DNA of 29,447 nucleotides, taken from positions 1 through 29,447 of IMG/VR virus record IMGVR_UViG_3300017658_000230; one strand, written 5' to 3'. Both the position numbers and the translations under genes were made by a program. Positions 9,523 through 19,399 of this stretch are shown here, in pieces. The notes beneath the pieces are model-generated. The model was given only the letters and a program-made list of their open reading frames with translations, was not told where the DNA came from and did no database searches. The first letter of the stretch is position 1. Each line of letters begins with the position of its first letter. This DNA is from a virus. Taxonomy: Duplodnaviria > Caudoviricetes.

Positions 9523-9885
9523 ATGGCAAACTTAAAAAGAAATATGATCGAATTAGTAAAAGAAGTGAAGGAAGGGGAAATTGTTACTGAAAAGTATCTA
9601 ACACCTGTTTTCCTTCCTATGAGTGTTGTGTATGAAGCGATTGATATGACACAAGAAATTGATAAAAGTGATAGCAAAAAAAGCATTTCTGAAAAGGAAT
9701 TAATTGATAAATTGCTAGATTTTGTAGCTAATAAAGTCTATAACAAACAATTCACAAAAGATGAACTATTCAACGGACTTCATGCTCCAGATGCTATTCA
9801 AACACTACAGGAACAAATTATTTTTGTTGCACAAGGTAGACAAACAGATGAAACAAAAAAGTTTTTAGCGGAGAAGAATCGCTAA
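9523..9885 (+). CDS. Tail assembly chaperone (gpG-like)
   Basis: Lies between the tail tube and tape measure; YNKQFTKDELFNGL motif. Confidence 0.85.
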   Translation: MANLKRNMIELVKEVKEGEIVTEKYLTPVFLPMSVVYEAIDMTQEIDKSDSKKSISEKELIDKLLDFVANKVYNKQFTKDELFNGLHAPDAIQTLQEQIIFVAQGRQTDETKKFLAEKNR

Positions 9886-10070
9886 CAGACGAGGATTTCA
9901 CTCCAGAAAAACAAAAGGAATATTTAGATAAACTTATCCTTGATCTTATGAAAGATGGTAAGGACATAAATGAAATTCTAAACATGCCTTATCACTTCGT
10001 AATCGAGATTCTCGATGAAAGAAATAAACCAAAAGAGACAAAATCTTTAATTGCTGCATTCGGTGGTTAA
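9855..10070 (+). CDS. gpT segment of the gpGT chaperone, reached by -1 programmed frameshift at A AAA AAG (9855-9861)
   Basis: The slippery heptamer is in the correct phase. The -1 frame is open to TAA 10068-10070: VFSGEESLTDEDFTPEKQKEYLDKLILDLMKDGKDINEILNMPYHF...AAFGG*. Confidence 0.85.
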   Translation, partial: KKVFSGEESLTDEDFTPEKQKEYLDKLILDLMKDGKDINEILNMPYHFVIEILDERNKPKETKSLIAAFGG

Positions 10071-10107
10071 AGATTTTTTATTTGTATAAAGAAGGGAGGT
10101 AAATGAC

Positions 10108-13100
10108 ATGGAACGTATTGAAGGACTTTCCATAGCGCTGGACTTAGATACAGCAAGGGTAGATACAGGACTTAAAGGCTTAAAAAGCCAAATGAAAACA
10201 TTAAGTAGTGAAATAAAAGCGAATATGTCTGTATTTGACCGCGCAGACCGTTCTTTGGAGAGATATGAAACACAAGTATCTGGATTAAACAGAAGATTAG
10301 AACTACAGACAGAAATAACAGCCGCAGCTAGAGAAGAACACGAAAAAATGGTGCGAGAACATGGCGAAGGTTCAAAGCAAGCTGAAAAAGCTGCAAGAGC
10401 GTATAACAATGAAGTAGCTGCACTCAATAATCTAAGAAGATATGTGGTTAATGTTAGGCAGGAACTTGAGGATTTACGAGAAGAACAGCGCATATCTGAA
10501 TCATCTTGGGGTAGAATGAGCCAATTGTTTAATGATATAGGTACAAGCTTAACTGGATTAGGTGGAAAAATGAAGGAAGTTGGTTCTTCATTATCTACTT
10601 CTCTTTCATTACCTATTGTTGGTTTAGGTGCTGGAATAACTGCGGTAGCTGCTAATTTTGAAAATTCTTCTGTTAAAATGCAAAATTCGTTAGGATTAAC
10701 AGCAGATGAAGCGAAGAATTTGACGAATATATCTAGGAATTTGTACAAAGATGGTTTTGGGGAAAGTACAGAGGAAATCGACAATGCTTTAATTGAAACA
10801 AGGCAAAATATTACTAACTTAAACAAAGAAGATTTACAAGGTGCTACAAAAAACGCTTTACTTTTGGCGGATACATTCGATAGTGAAGTGAATGAGGTAA
10901 CAAGAGCAGCTAACTCATTAATGGAAAACTACGGTTTAACTTCTGACAAAGCTTTTGACTTAATGGGGAAAGGCGCTCAAAATGGAATGAACTTTTCTAA
11001 AGAAATGTTCGATAATATGGCAGAATATACAACTAGTTTTAAAGAAGCTGGTTTTTCTGCGAATGAAATGTTTGCTATTCTTTCTAACGGTTCTAAAAAG
11101 GGTTATAACTTAGATAGGTTAAACGATACGATGTTGGAATTTAAATTGCAAAGCGAAGATTCAGGGACTGGTTATATAGATGCTATGTCTAAGATGTCTA
11201 AAAGCACTCAAAATGTTTTTAAACAATATAAAGACGGGAAAGCAAGTGTTTCTGATTTATATAAAGCAGTCATACCAGATTTAGAAAAAATGAAAAAAAC
11301 AATGTCTTCAAAAGATTTTAACACAATTGGCAAATCTCTTTTTGGGACAAAATGGGAAGACCAAGGGGCAGACGTTGTTTTATCTATGAAAACAATCAAT
11401 AAAGAATTAGAAAATACAGATGGAACAATGGATAAAATGGCTAAAAACGTAGAAAATTCTTTTGGTTTTCGGATTAAAAAGGTTTGGCGAGAAACACAAA
11501 GCGCTTTTATGCCAATAGGTGAGATTTTATTAACATTCGCTGAAAGTATCTTACCTAAAGTGTCTGCTGGCATTAAAAAAATGTCTGATTTTATCAGCGG
11601 TTTATCACCTGCAGCACAAACAGCATCTCTTATTTTTGCTGGATTATTGGCGGCAATCGGTCCAGTTATTACGATAATTGGAATATTTGCAGGAGCAGTT
11701 GGGAATATTGTAACGGCTTTAAGTCCTATGATGGGTGCTATTTCAAGAGCTGGTGGCTTATTGAAATGGTTACGATTAGGTTTAGTAGCATTAACTAGTC
11801 CAGTAGGACTTATAATAGGAGCACTCGCCTTATTAGGTACAGGGTTTGTATTACTTTATAAAAACTCAGAGACTTTTAGAAATGGAGTGCAGAATGCTCT
11901 AAATAAACTGAAAGAATTAGCATCCCAAGCATTAACAGCTATACAGCCAGCAATACAGGCAGTTATTCAATTTTTCAAAAATCAATTAGCTGTATTACAG
12001 AAGTTTTGGCAAGAAAACGGCACTGTTATTATGCAGGCTTTAACGAATATTGGAAACTTCATAAAGGCTACTTTTAACAATGTAATCCTTCCAGTTATCC
12101 AATTTGTTATGCCTTTAATACTCGGTATAATCAAATCTGTGTGGGGGAATATTCAAGGAATAATTACAGGGGCGCTAAACATTATTATGGGCGCAGTCAA
12201 ATTCTTTTCTGGGTTATTTACTGGAAACTTCTCTCAAATGTGGGCTGGAATAAAACAAATGTTTTCGGGAGCTGTATCGTTTGTTTGGAATTTAATCCAA
12301 TTGCAATTTATCGGAAAAATTTTAAAAGGAATTGGCGGTTTTGTTAGTTCTTTCGGCTCTACTCTTAAAAATGGATGGTCTAGTGCAATTGGTGGAATCA
12401 AAACTTTTGCAGGAAATACTAAGACTTGGTTTAAGAGTTTAGTAGATGATGGACTTAAAAGATTCGATGATTTGGTTGCAGGAGCAAAAGCCTTACCTCA
12501 GAAAATGGGTGATGGTATAAAGAGTATGGCAGGAAAAGCTGTCGATGGAGTGAAAAGTCTAGGAAATTCTATGGCTAGTAAACTTGAATCCATTGTAAAT
12601 GCAATAACACAGGATGGAATCAACGGTATTCTTAAAAAGCTAGGTGTTAAAGGGAAATTCCTCATTCCAGCACTTAATATACCTGAATATGCAAATGGTA
12701 CTGATGGACATAAAGGCGGTCTTGCTGTTTTAGGAGATGGAGGACAACGAGAATTATTTATCACTCCACAAGGGGGAATGGGACTATCTCCAGCAACAGA
12801 TACTTTAATGAATCTTCCTAAAGGTACACAAGTATTATCTGGTGAAAACACGAAAAAGGCATTAGGAAGCGTACCGAAATATGAAAAAGGTACAGGCTTT
12901 TGGAATGATATTTGGAGTTATGTAACTAATCCTAAAAAGTTAATGACAAAGCTTTATAACAATTTAAACTTGCCTACTTTACATATAGGAGGAGCATTTG
13001 GAGAAATCGGAAAAGGTTCTATCTCATTAATTAAAAATAAAGCATCTGACTTTGTTAAAGGAAAATTAAAAGAATTATTTAAATCTAATCCAGTCGGTGC

Positions 13101-13779
13101 AAGTGTTGAACGCTGGAGACCTTATGTTCTTCAAGCCTTACAAATGAATGGTTTATCTGCTTCTTTAGTGGATAAAGTAATGAGCCAAATTCAAAGTGAA
13201 TCTGGTGGGAATCCGAAAGCCATAAATTTGTGGGATAGTAATGCAAAAGCAGGGCATCCATCAAAAGGGTTAATGCAAACTATTGATTCAACGTTTAATG
13301 CTTATAAATTTCCAGGTCATAACGATATTTGGAACGGCTTTGATAATATGTTAGCAGCGTTAAACTATGCTAAAAACAGATATGGGAAAAATCTTTCTGC
13401 ATTAGGTAAAGGTCATGGATATGCTACAGGTGGATTAATTAACCAAAGTGGCTTATATAATTTAGCGGAAGATGGATATCCAGAGTTTGTTATTCCAACA
13501 GATCCAAAAAGACGTACAGATGCTATGAAACTATTGGCATTAGCAGGAAAGCAAATACAAGGGAATAAACGCCCTAATCAATTGCCTAATGTTAGTGGCG
13601 ATGATTACAGCGCTATGATAACTAGACAGGATCAACAGATTTCTTTAATGCAGCAACAAGTGGATTTATTAACAAAACTTTTGTTTAAAGATTTAAAAAT
13701 AGACAAAGATGCATTAATGAATTTCGTAAACAGGAATCAAGCATCACAAACGGCAATATTAAATGCAATGAAAGGATGA
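10108..13779 (+). CDS. Tail tape measure protein with C-terminal lytic transglycosylase (SLT) domain
   Basis: 1223 aa helical protein with LFGTKWED and aromatic repeats; QSESGGNPKAINLWDSNA...KGLMQ SLT motif. Confidence 0.95.
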   Translation: MERIEGLSIALDLDTARVDTGLKGLKSQMKTLSSEIKANMSVFDRADRSLERYETQVSGLNRRLELQTEITAAAREEHEKMVREHGEGSKQAEKAARAYNNEVAALNNLRRYVVNVRQELEDLREEQRISESSWGRMSQLFNDIGTSLTGLGGKMKEVGSSLSTSLSLPIVGLGAGITAVAANFENSSVKMQNSLGLTADEAKNLTNISRNLYKDGFGESTEEIDNALIETRQNITNLNKEDLQGATKNALLLADTFDSEVNEVTRAANSLMENYGLTSDKAFDLMGKGAQNGMNFSKEMFDNMAEYTTSFKEAGFSANEMFAILSNGSKKGYNLDRLNDTMLEFKLQSEDSGTGYIDAMSKMSKSTQNVFKQYKDGKASVSDLYKAVIPDLEKMKKTMSSKDFNTIGKSLFGTKWEDQGADVVLSMKTINKELENTDGTMDKMAKNVENSFGFRIKKVWRETQSAFMPIGEILLTFAESILPKVSAGIKKMSDFISGLSPAAQTASLIFAGLLAAIGPVITIIGIFAGAVGNIVTALSPMMGAISRAGGLLKWLRLGLVALTSPVGLIIGALALLGTGFVLLYKNSETFRNGVQNALNKLKELASQALTAIQPAIQAVIQFFKNQLAVLQKFWQENGTVIMQALTNIGNFIKATFNNVILPVIQFVMPLILGIIKSVWGNIQGIITGALNIIMGAVKFFSGLFTGNFSQMWAGIKQMFSGAVSFVWNLIQLQFIGKILKGIGGFVSSFGSTLKNGWSSAIGGIKTFAGNTKTWFKSLVDDGLKRFDDLVAGAKALPQKMGDGIKSMAGKAVDGVKSLGNSMASKLESIVNAITQDGINGILKKLGVKGKFLIPALNIPEYANGTDGHKGGLAVLGDGGQRELFITPQGGMGLSPATDTLMNLPKGTQVLSGENTKKALGSVPKYEKGTGFWNDIWSYVTNPKKLMTKLYNNLNLPTLHIGGAFGEIGKGSISLIKNKASDFVKGKLKELFKSNPVGASVERWRPYVLQALQMNGLSASLVDKVMSQIQSESGGNPKAINLWDSNAKAGHPSKGLMQTIDSTFNAYKFPGHNDIWNGFDNMLAALNYAKNRYGKNLSALGKGHGYATGGLINQSGLYNLAEDGYPEFVIPTDPKRRTDAMKLLALAGKQIQGNKRPNQLPNVSGDDYSAMITRQDQQISLMQQQVDLLTKLLFKDLKIDKDALMNFVNRNQASQTAILNAMKG

Positions 13780-14606
13780 TCAGTGTGAACTATTTATTAA
13801 TTGAAAAAGATGGCAATATCATTGATCATCGAAAATTTAATCTCAAATTATTAAGTTTTCGTCCACAATCATTGAACCATCTACACACATTCGAGGATAT
13901 AGAAGGTCGAAATGGTTCTATATACAAAGGAACTACATTCGATAAAAGAGAACTAAAGGCTACATTCCTTTTAAAAGGGAGTGACTATTTAGGATTAAAA
14001 TTATTACTTATTGAAATCAACAAATTATTTGCAACGTCCAGTGAAGTATATCTAACTCATTCCGAACAAATGGGTAAACGGTGGAGAGTATTAACAAACA
14101 GCGTGTTTGATCCTGAATATCTTAATAGCAGGATGGCAAGGTTTGAACTTGATTTTATCAGCTCACAGCCTTTTGCGGAGAGTATAGGAACTACATTAGA
14201 CGAATTTTCTCCTGATTCTGGATTATGGGGAATAGGTATGAATTTACCGATGGGGAAAGATTTAATTTATCGACACCGTACAAATGCTTTTCAAATATAC
14301 AATCCTAGTGATGTCAAGATACGTCCAGAAGAATTTCCGATAAAGATATTCTTTAAGGGTGAAAGTGATGGATTATTAATTAAAAATAATACTACAGGTG
14401 ATTATGTTCAATATTCAGGCACAACCAAATCAAGTGACATTATTACGCTAGATAGATTAAGACACTTAAAAAACGGAAATAGCATATTTTCAGCAACTTC
14501 TCGAACATCCTTAAGTTTAAATCCAGGTTGGAATTCTTTTGTAATTTCGGGAAACTCGGGAAGTTTTGAAATATGGTTCGATTTCCGATTTTATTATTAT
14601 TCTTAG
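13776..14606 (+). CDS. Distal tail protein (Dit, Sipho_tail family)
   Basis: Follows the TMP; IEGRNG, PFAESIGTT and LNPGWNSF...FRFYY motifs. Confidence 0.88.
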   Translation: MISVNYLLIEKDGNIIDHRKFNLKLLSFRPQSLNHLHTFEDIEGRNGSIYKGTTFDKRELKATFLLKGSDYLGLKLLLIEINKLFATSSEVYLTHSEQMGKRWRVLTNSVFDPEYLNSRMARFELDFISSQPFAESIGTTLDEFSPDSGLWGIGMNLPMGKDLIYRHRTNAFQIYNPSDVKIRPEEFPIKIFFKGESDGLLIKNNTTGDYVQYSGTTKSSDIITLDRLRHLKNGNSIFSATSRTSLSLNPGWNSFVISGNSGSFEIWFDFRFYYYS

Positions 14607-14620
14607 AAAAAGGTGGTTTA

Positions 14621-17353
14621 GTGAAACCTTTATTTATTAAGATTTTAACAAATGAAATAGAACCGGTTTACGATTACACTGTTACGAAAAATGACAGTTT
14701 AACAGGAGAAAAAACCATAAAGGTAAATGTATTAAAGACAGAACATAACGCAATTGCTTATGATTTAATTCAAGATGAAAATATTTTTATTTATGAAAAT
14801 GAAGAATATGTTATCAAAGACCATACAGAGATTATCGCCAACGGTGTACCAGCAGTCCAAACGACAGCTATACATCGTTTTTTTGATGATTTAAAATGGC
14901 GAAATCGAATATATAGTGTTATGTCAGGAACTTATGGAATTGAAGCATTATTAGACTTTGCATTGGAAGGAAGTGGATACACCTATACGGTAAATCCTTC
15001 TTTGTTAGAACAAACTGTTAAAGTGACGGATTTTGGTAAAAACAATTCATTAGCATTGTTCCAAAATGTACTAGAGTTATTTTCAGCAGAGTTTGACTGT
15101 AGTGGAAATCAAATCTTCTTAACTTCACAAATAGGTGCTGATTTAGATGTTGTATTTAAGCACAAGTATAATATAAACTCCATATCAAAAAATAGCTCCA
15201 CGAATGAACTAGCTACATTTATAAAAGGGTACGGAAAAGAAAAAGAAGAAAATGATATTGCTTCTAATATTTCTATCCCATATGCATCAAAGAAAGGCGT
15301 ATATTACACAGAAACGATAGAAAATAAACAAGCAACAAAGCAAATAGGCGCTTCCTTTTCTTTCAAATTTACTGGTACTGGATTTAGCTTTAAAACAATT
15401 GTTCATAAAATGGGTGGTAAATGGACGTTTACGATAGACAAATCAACAAAGACAATCACCACATATGCAACCAGTACAGCAGAAAAAACATTTGAGATTA
15501 TCAGAGGATTAGAAAATAAAGAGCATACGGTAACAGCTGTTTTCAAAAAAGATTCTGATAACCCTAATACCAAAAATAAAACCCAAGTCCCATTTAATTA
15601 TCTTTTAGATGGAAATATTATTACTGTTTTTCGTTCTTTAGAAGGTGACGAAAAATATTCCGTTGTAACAAGTTACACTAGTCCACTATCCGAAGTGTTT
15701 GGAATTAAAATTGCAGAGCCTCATTATGATGATGAAATAACAGATAAAACAGCATTGGAAAAGAAATTAGAAAGTATGTTGACAGATGATATACCAGTTT
15801 CTATAACATTCACTGCTGTTCAATTGGAAGAAATGAATTTGAGTAATATCAATAAAGGTGATCGTTGCTGGTGTATATTGGAACCTTTTGACGTAAATAC
15901 ACAGTTACGAGTAGTTGAAATAGAAACTTATTCAAACGAGAACAAAACGCCTGTTCTTACCTTTGGAAACATACAACAAGATGTAACTAAAACGATGTCT
16001 GATTTTAACAGCACTCAAAAAACAGTCGATGTCACAATAGATAAGCAAACTAAAACAGTAAAGGATACGGCACTAAGTACAAATGTACAAAAAGCTGTAA
16101 CAAACGCTCTGAAACTTGGGGATTTATCTAGTCTACCTGATTGGTTGCAAGAAGATTTAGCAGATGCAATATTGCAAATGTACGAGTCTTTTACAGAAAT
16201 CAATGTGCGACAACCTCCTTATAATCTTAAAGCAGATGGTACAGATGAAAAAGAAGTATTACAAAAGCTTTTAAATTTAGCTGATGAAGATGGCTCTGTT
16301 CATTTGTATTTTCCAGAAGGTGAGTATGGTATGAGTGGTTATTTAAGATTGTATAGTAATACTTTTGTAAGGATGCATCCTAAAGCAACCATAAAGAGAT
16401 TAGGTACTGGATACAAAGTTTTTGTAAATGGGGAATTAGGAAATGCTGATTTTGTGACTGGTTATAATGGAGAAGGAAATATTCATTTTACAGGTGGTTG
16501 TATTGATTGTAATGCTTTTGAAAATCCATTAGCTGCAGATAAAGCAACTACTGCTTTTGATTTAGGTCATGCAAAAAATCTATCCTTTGTAAATGTAGAA
16601 ATGAAGAATAACCAAAATGGTCATTTTGTACAGATTGCTAGTTGTCAAAATGTCTTATTTGATAATTGTTACATTCACGAAGTAAACCATCTAGATTCTA
16701 CATACATGAACTGTGAAGCTATTCAGATTGAAGTAGCTACGGATGTTTCTTTTCCTAGCTTTGGTGGATATGACAGCACTCCAAGCCAAAATATTAGAAT
16801 TATAAATTGCAATTTTGAAAATCTAGTACGAGGTGTAGGTACACATGGTTATCCAGCAGGAGAAGATGGAATGCCTTCTGTTTACTGTTCAGATATCCTT
16901 CTTGAAAATTGTCAGTTTACTAATATTACCGATAACGCAATATCTCTTCTTGCTTATAAACGAGTAAATGTATTTAATATTCAAATGGAAGATATAGGTG
17001 GCTATGCGCTGTGGGCTAGATATTTATATGACTCTACAATAGACAGGTTTAGTTGTAATCATGTAAGTAAGAGTGGTATTTACATGCAATATTCGGAGAA
17101 TAACGAAGTTGGAAAAGTCACTTTAGAAAATACATGTGAAATCGGAGATTATTCAGCAATTAGGCTAGACAATGCTAATAATAATCCTTTCCGAAATCCT
17201 GTTGTAAGAGGTGCTACTCACAGATGGGCATTCTTTGCAACAAGTTGCGAAAATAACAGATTATATGATTACAATTTTGAAAATGGACTGGTAGGAAATA
17301 TAGGTGGAGATTCTTTGCCGTATGCGCCAACATTTACACAGGTTAATAATTAA
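14621..17353 (+). CDS. Tal / prophage tail endopeptidase-like hub with inserted beta-sandwich domain and C-terminal parallel beta-helix (putative depolymerase)
   Basis: RBS AAAGGTGGT before GTG 14621. ATFIKGYGK and GDRCW hub motifs; LKADGTDE...LYFPEGEY beta-helix start; EAIQI motif. Confidence 0.82.
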   Translation: MKPLFIKILTNEIEPVYDYTVTKNDSLTGEKTIKVNVLKTEHNAIAYDLIQDENIFIYENEEYVIKDHTEIIANGVPAVQTTAIHRFFDDLKWRNRIYSVMSGTYGIEALLDFALEGSGYTYTVNPSLLEQTVKVTDFGKNNSLALFQNVLELFSAEFDCSGNQIFLTSQIGADLDVVFKHKYNINSISKNSSTNELATFIKGYGKEKEENDIASNISIPYASKKGVYYTETIENKQATKQIGASFSFKFTGTGFSFKTIVHKMGGKWTFTIDKSTKTITTYATSTAEKTFEIIRGLENKEHTVTAVFKKDSDNPNTKNKTQVPFNYLLDGNIITVFRSLEGDEKYSVVTSYTSPLSEVFGIKIAEPHYDDEITDKTALEKKLESMLTDDIPVSITFTAVQLEEMNLSNINKGDRCWCILEPFDVNTQLRVVEIETYSNENKTPVLTFGNIQQDVTKTMSDFNSTQKTVDVTIDKQTKTVKDTALSTNVQKAVTNALKLGDLSSLPDWLQEDLADAILQMYESFTEINVRQPPYNLKADGTDEKEVLQKLLNLADEDGSVHLYFPEGEYGMSGYLRLYSNTFVRMHPKATIKRLGTGYKVFVNGELGNADFVTGYNGEGNIHFTGGCIDCNAFENPLAADKATTAFDLGHAKNLSFVNVEMKNNQNGHFVQIASCQNVLFDNCYIHEVNHLDSTYMNCEAIQIEVATDVSFPSFGGYDSTPSQNIRIINCNFENLVRGVGTHGYPAGEDGMPSVYCSDILLENCQFTNITDNAISLLAYKRVNVFNIQMEDIGGYALWARYLYDSTIDRFSCNHVSKSGIYMQYSENNEVGKVTLENTCEIGDYSAIRLDNANNNPFRNPVVRGATHRWAFFATSCENNRLYDYNFENGLVGNIGGDSLPYAPTFTQVNN

Positions 17354-17370
17354 CTGGAAGGAGGTTCATA

Positions 17371-19386
17371 ATGAATCTTAATAGAATAAAAGATGCTTTT
17401 CAAGATTGGTTATGGCGAAAAGAGCAAAATGAAAATTTTGATATTATTGAACAAGCTGATTTAGATAGACAACAAGAAATACAAAATACGAATAAGCGTA
17501 TTAACAATTTAATATTGAATGCTTCTGATTTGCCTGAAGTAGTTGATGCCCGTGGCGACTATGATTTATTAGGAGAACGATTAAATGCAATGGAGGGAGC
17601 ATCAGAAGAATTAAAATTCGATATTACTAAATTAAATCCTAAATTTATCACGGGCATTGGCGGTATAAGAAATGCTGTTAACCAAAGTATTAATATAGAC
17701 ACAAAAACAGCACAACTTTATACCACACAATCAGACAGCCAAACTCCAGAAGGTTTCTACATAAACAGAATGACTCCATCCGGTAAAAATATGAGTTCTA
17801 TGTTAGTGCCAAATGGTGGTCATGGAACGATGATAGCATTGGATAGAAAAACAAACGGAAATTTGATGATCTGGTTCTATCACACAGGACAAGGTAAATT
17901 AGTGTGTTATCCATACAAAGATAACTATGTGTTGAAAGAAACAGAAATAGCTGGATTAACAGATTATACGCCTGCATCTTTAAAGAGTATTTATTTTACT
18001 CCATCCTTTGATGAGCATTATGATTATTTCTGCTTTAGAAGAGAAGATGCTGTTGTTGAGTTAAGAAAAAGAACAGATGTCCTAGCCAAAGTAGATAATG
18101 TGTTGTATAAGGTGAATATTGATCCTACACAGAATACAGACGAGCGCCCAATGCAAGGCTGCGTGTCTTATGGAACAGATATATATTACATGTCAGGGAC
18201 TGCCTATGATATGACAAAAATACAAAAATATGATGCTATTACAAATAAAAAAGTATTAGATTATGATGTAACTAAAATTGTAGGAGAAGATGGAATAAGG
18301 CTCTTTCGGGATGGATTTGCAGAACCGGAAGGGCTTTGTTATTTTGTCAATCCAGTAACAGGAAAGCATGCGTTATTATTTGTCATTACAAGTGGAGGTT
18401 TAGGAAAAAGATTTAATCAACTCTATGGCTTTGTACAAAGGAATGACAATGAGTATTGGGAATCCATCGCTAGAACTGGAGCGCAAAATTATGCTATGTC
18501 AAAAGGAGACGGTCGTGCTTTATCTGCACCAGATGGAATTACTTCTGTAGATGATTTAGTGAATCCAGGTAATTATTATTTGCAAAATGACGTTTTTTCA
18601 TTATTAACAGGCTTTCCTTATCCGCATGGTGGTGCAGGATGGTATGTAGACGTTTATCCAACAACTCAAACTTTAGGAGCTAGACAAGTATTCACACGTT
18701 CTAGTGGTGAAAGAAAAATGTTTCAAATATGGAGAACGTTTGATTTAGACAGGGAAACGTTTAAATATAGTTTTGGAGAATGGACGATAACCCAAACAGC
18801 CAGCACAAGCCAAGAATATTTGGATGCTAGTGAATGGGGGAACAAAATATCTAATGTGATTTTAGCAGGCGAGTATTACATAACATTTGCACAAATGAAT
18901 GAATTTACGGATGCTCCTTATACTGATGCAGGTGCAAGATTAATTGTTTCTGCTGGAGATAATGGCGGTTCGGTAAGACAAACCATTATTCGGAATTCCG
19001 ATACCATTATTGATGAACATGTTCGCAATGTTGTAGTAGAAACAAAAACACCTTCTGCTGATTGGATACATTTTAGACAGACGGGATCGATGTCTTACTC
19101 TGATATGACTCTATCGAATGGAGCAAGCAATCCCGACTCCAATTCAAAATGGAGAGCTGCAAGTGATGGGAAGTTTATTATTGTTCGTGGTGCAGTAACA
19201 GTTCCTTCTCTTTCATCGGCTACTAAAATAGCTACATTACCGAATAGTTTAAAGCCTAGTATGTTATGGGAAGAAGAACAACTTGGAGTTAAGTTTGCGT
19301 TTCAAGCGGACGGAACAATTGAAGCAACGAATACTAGTGGCAGTGCTATAAATGTGCGAATGAACACAGTAATATCTATTTATTAA
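17371..19386 (+). CDS. Receptor-binding protein, TagC/phi11 Gp45-like beta-propeller (putative wall teichoic acid binding)
   Basis: EVVDARG stem; VNQSINID...LYTTQ, GGHGT, PMQG and AEPEGL propeller motifs; duplicated C-terminal G-x-YY domains. Confidence 0.72.
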   Translation: MNLNRIKDAFQDWLWRKEQNENFDIIEQADLDRQQEIQNTNKRINNLILNASDLPEVVDARGDYDLLGERLNAMEGASEELKFDITKLNPKFITGIGGIRNAVNQSINIDTKTAQLYTTQSDSQTPEGFYINRMTPSGKNMSSMLVPNGGHGTMIALDRKTNGNLMIWFYHTGQGKLVCYPYKDNYVLKETEIAGLTDYTPASLKSIYFTPSFDEHYDYFCFRREDAVVELRKRTDVLAKVDNVLYKVNIDPTQNTDERPMQGCVSYGTDIYYMSGTAYDMTKIQKYDAITNKKVLDYDVTKIVGEDGIRLFRDGFAEPEGLCYFVNPVTGKHALLFVITSGGLGKRFNQLYGFVQRNDNEYWESIARTGAQNYAMSKGDGRALSAPDGITSVDDLVNPGNYYLQNDVFSLLTGFPYPHGGAGWYVDVYPTTQTLGARQVFTRSSGERKMFQIWRTFDLDRETFKYSFGEWTITQTASTSQEYLDASEWGNKISNVILAGEYYITFAQMNEFTDAPYTDAGARLIVSAGDNGGSVRQTIIRNSDTIIDEHVRNVVVETKTPSADWIHFRQTGSMSYSDMTLSNGASNPDSNSKWRAASDGKFIIVRGAVTVPSLSSATKIATLPNSLKPSMLWEEEQLGVKFAFQADGTIEATNTSGSAINVRMNTVISIY

Positions 19387-19399
19387 GGAAGGTGGAAAT

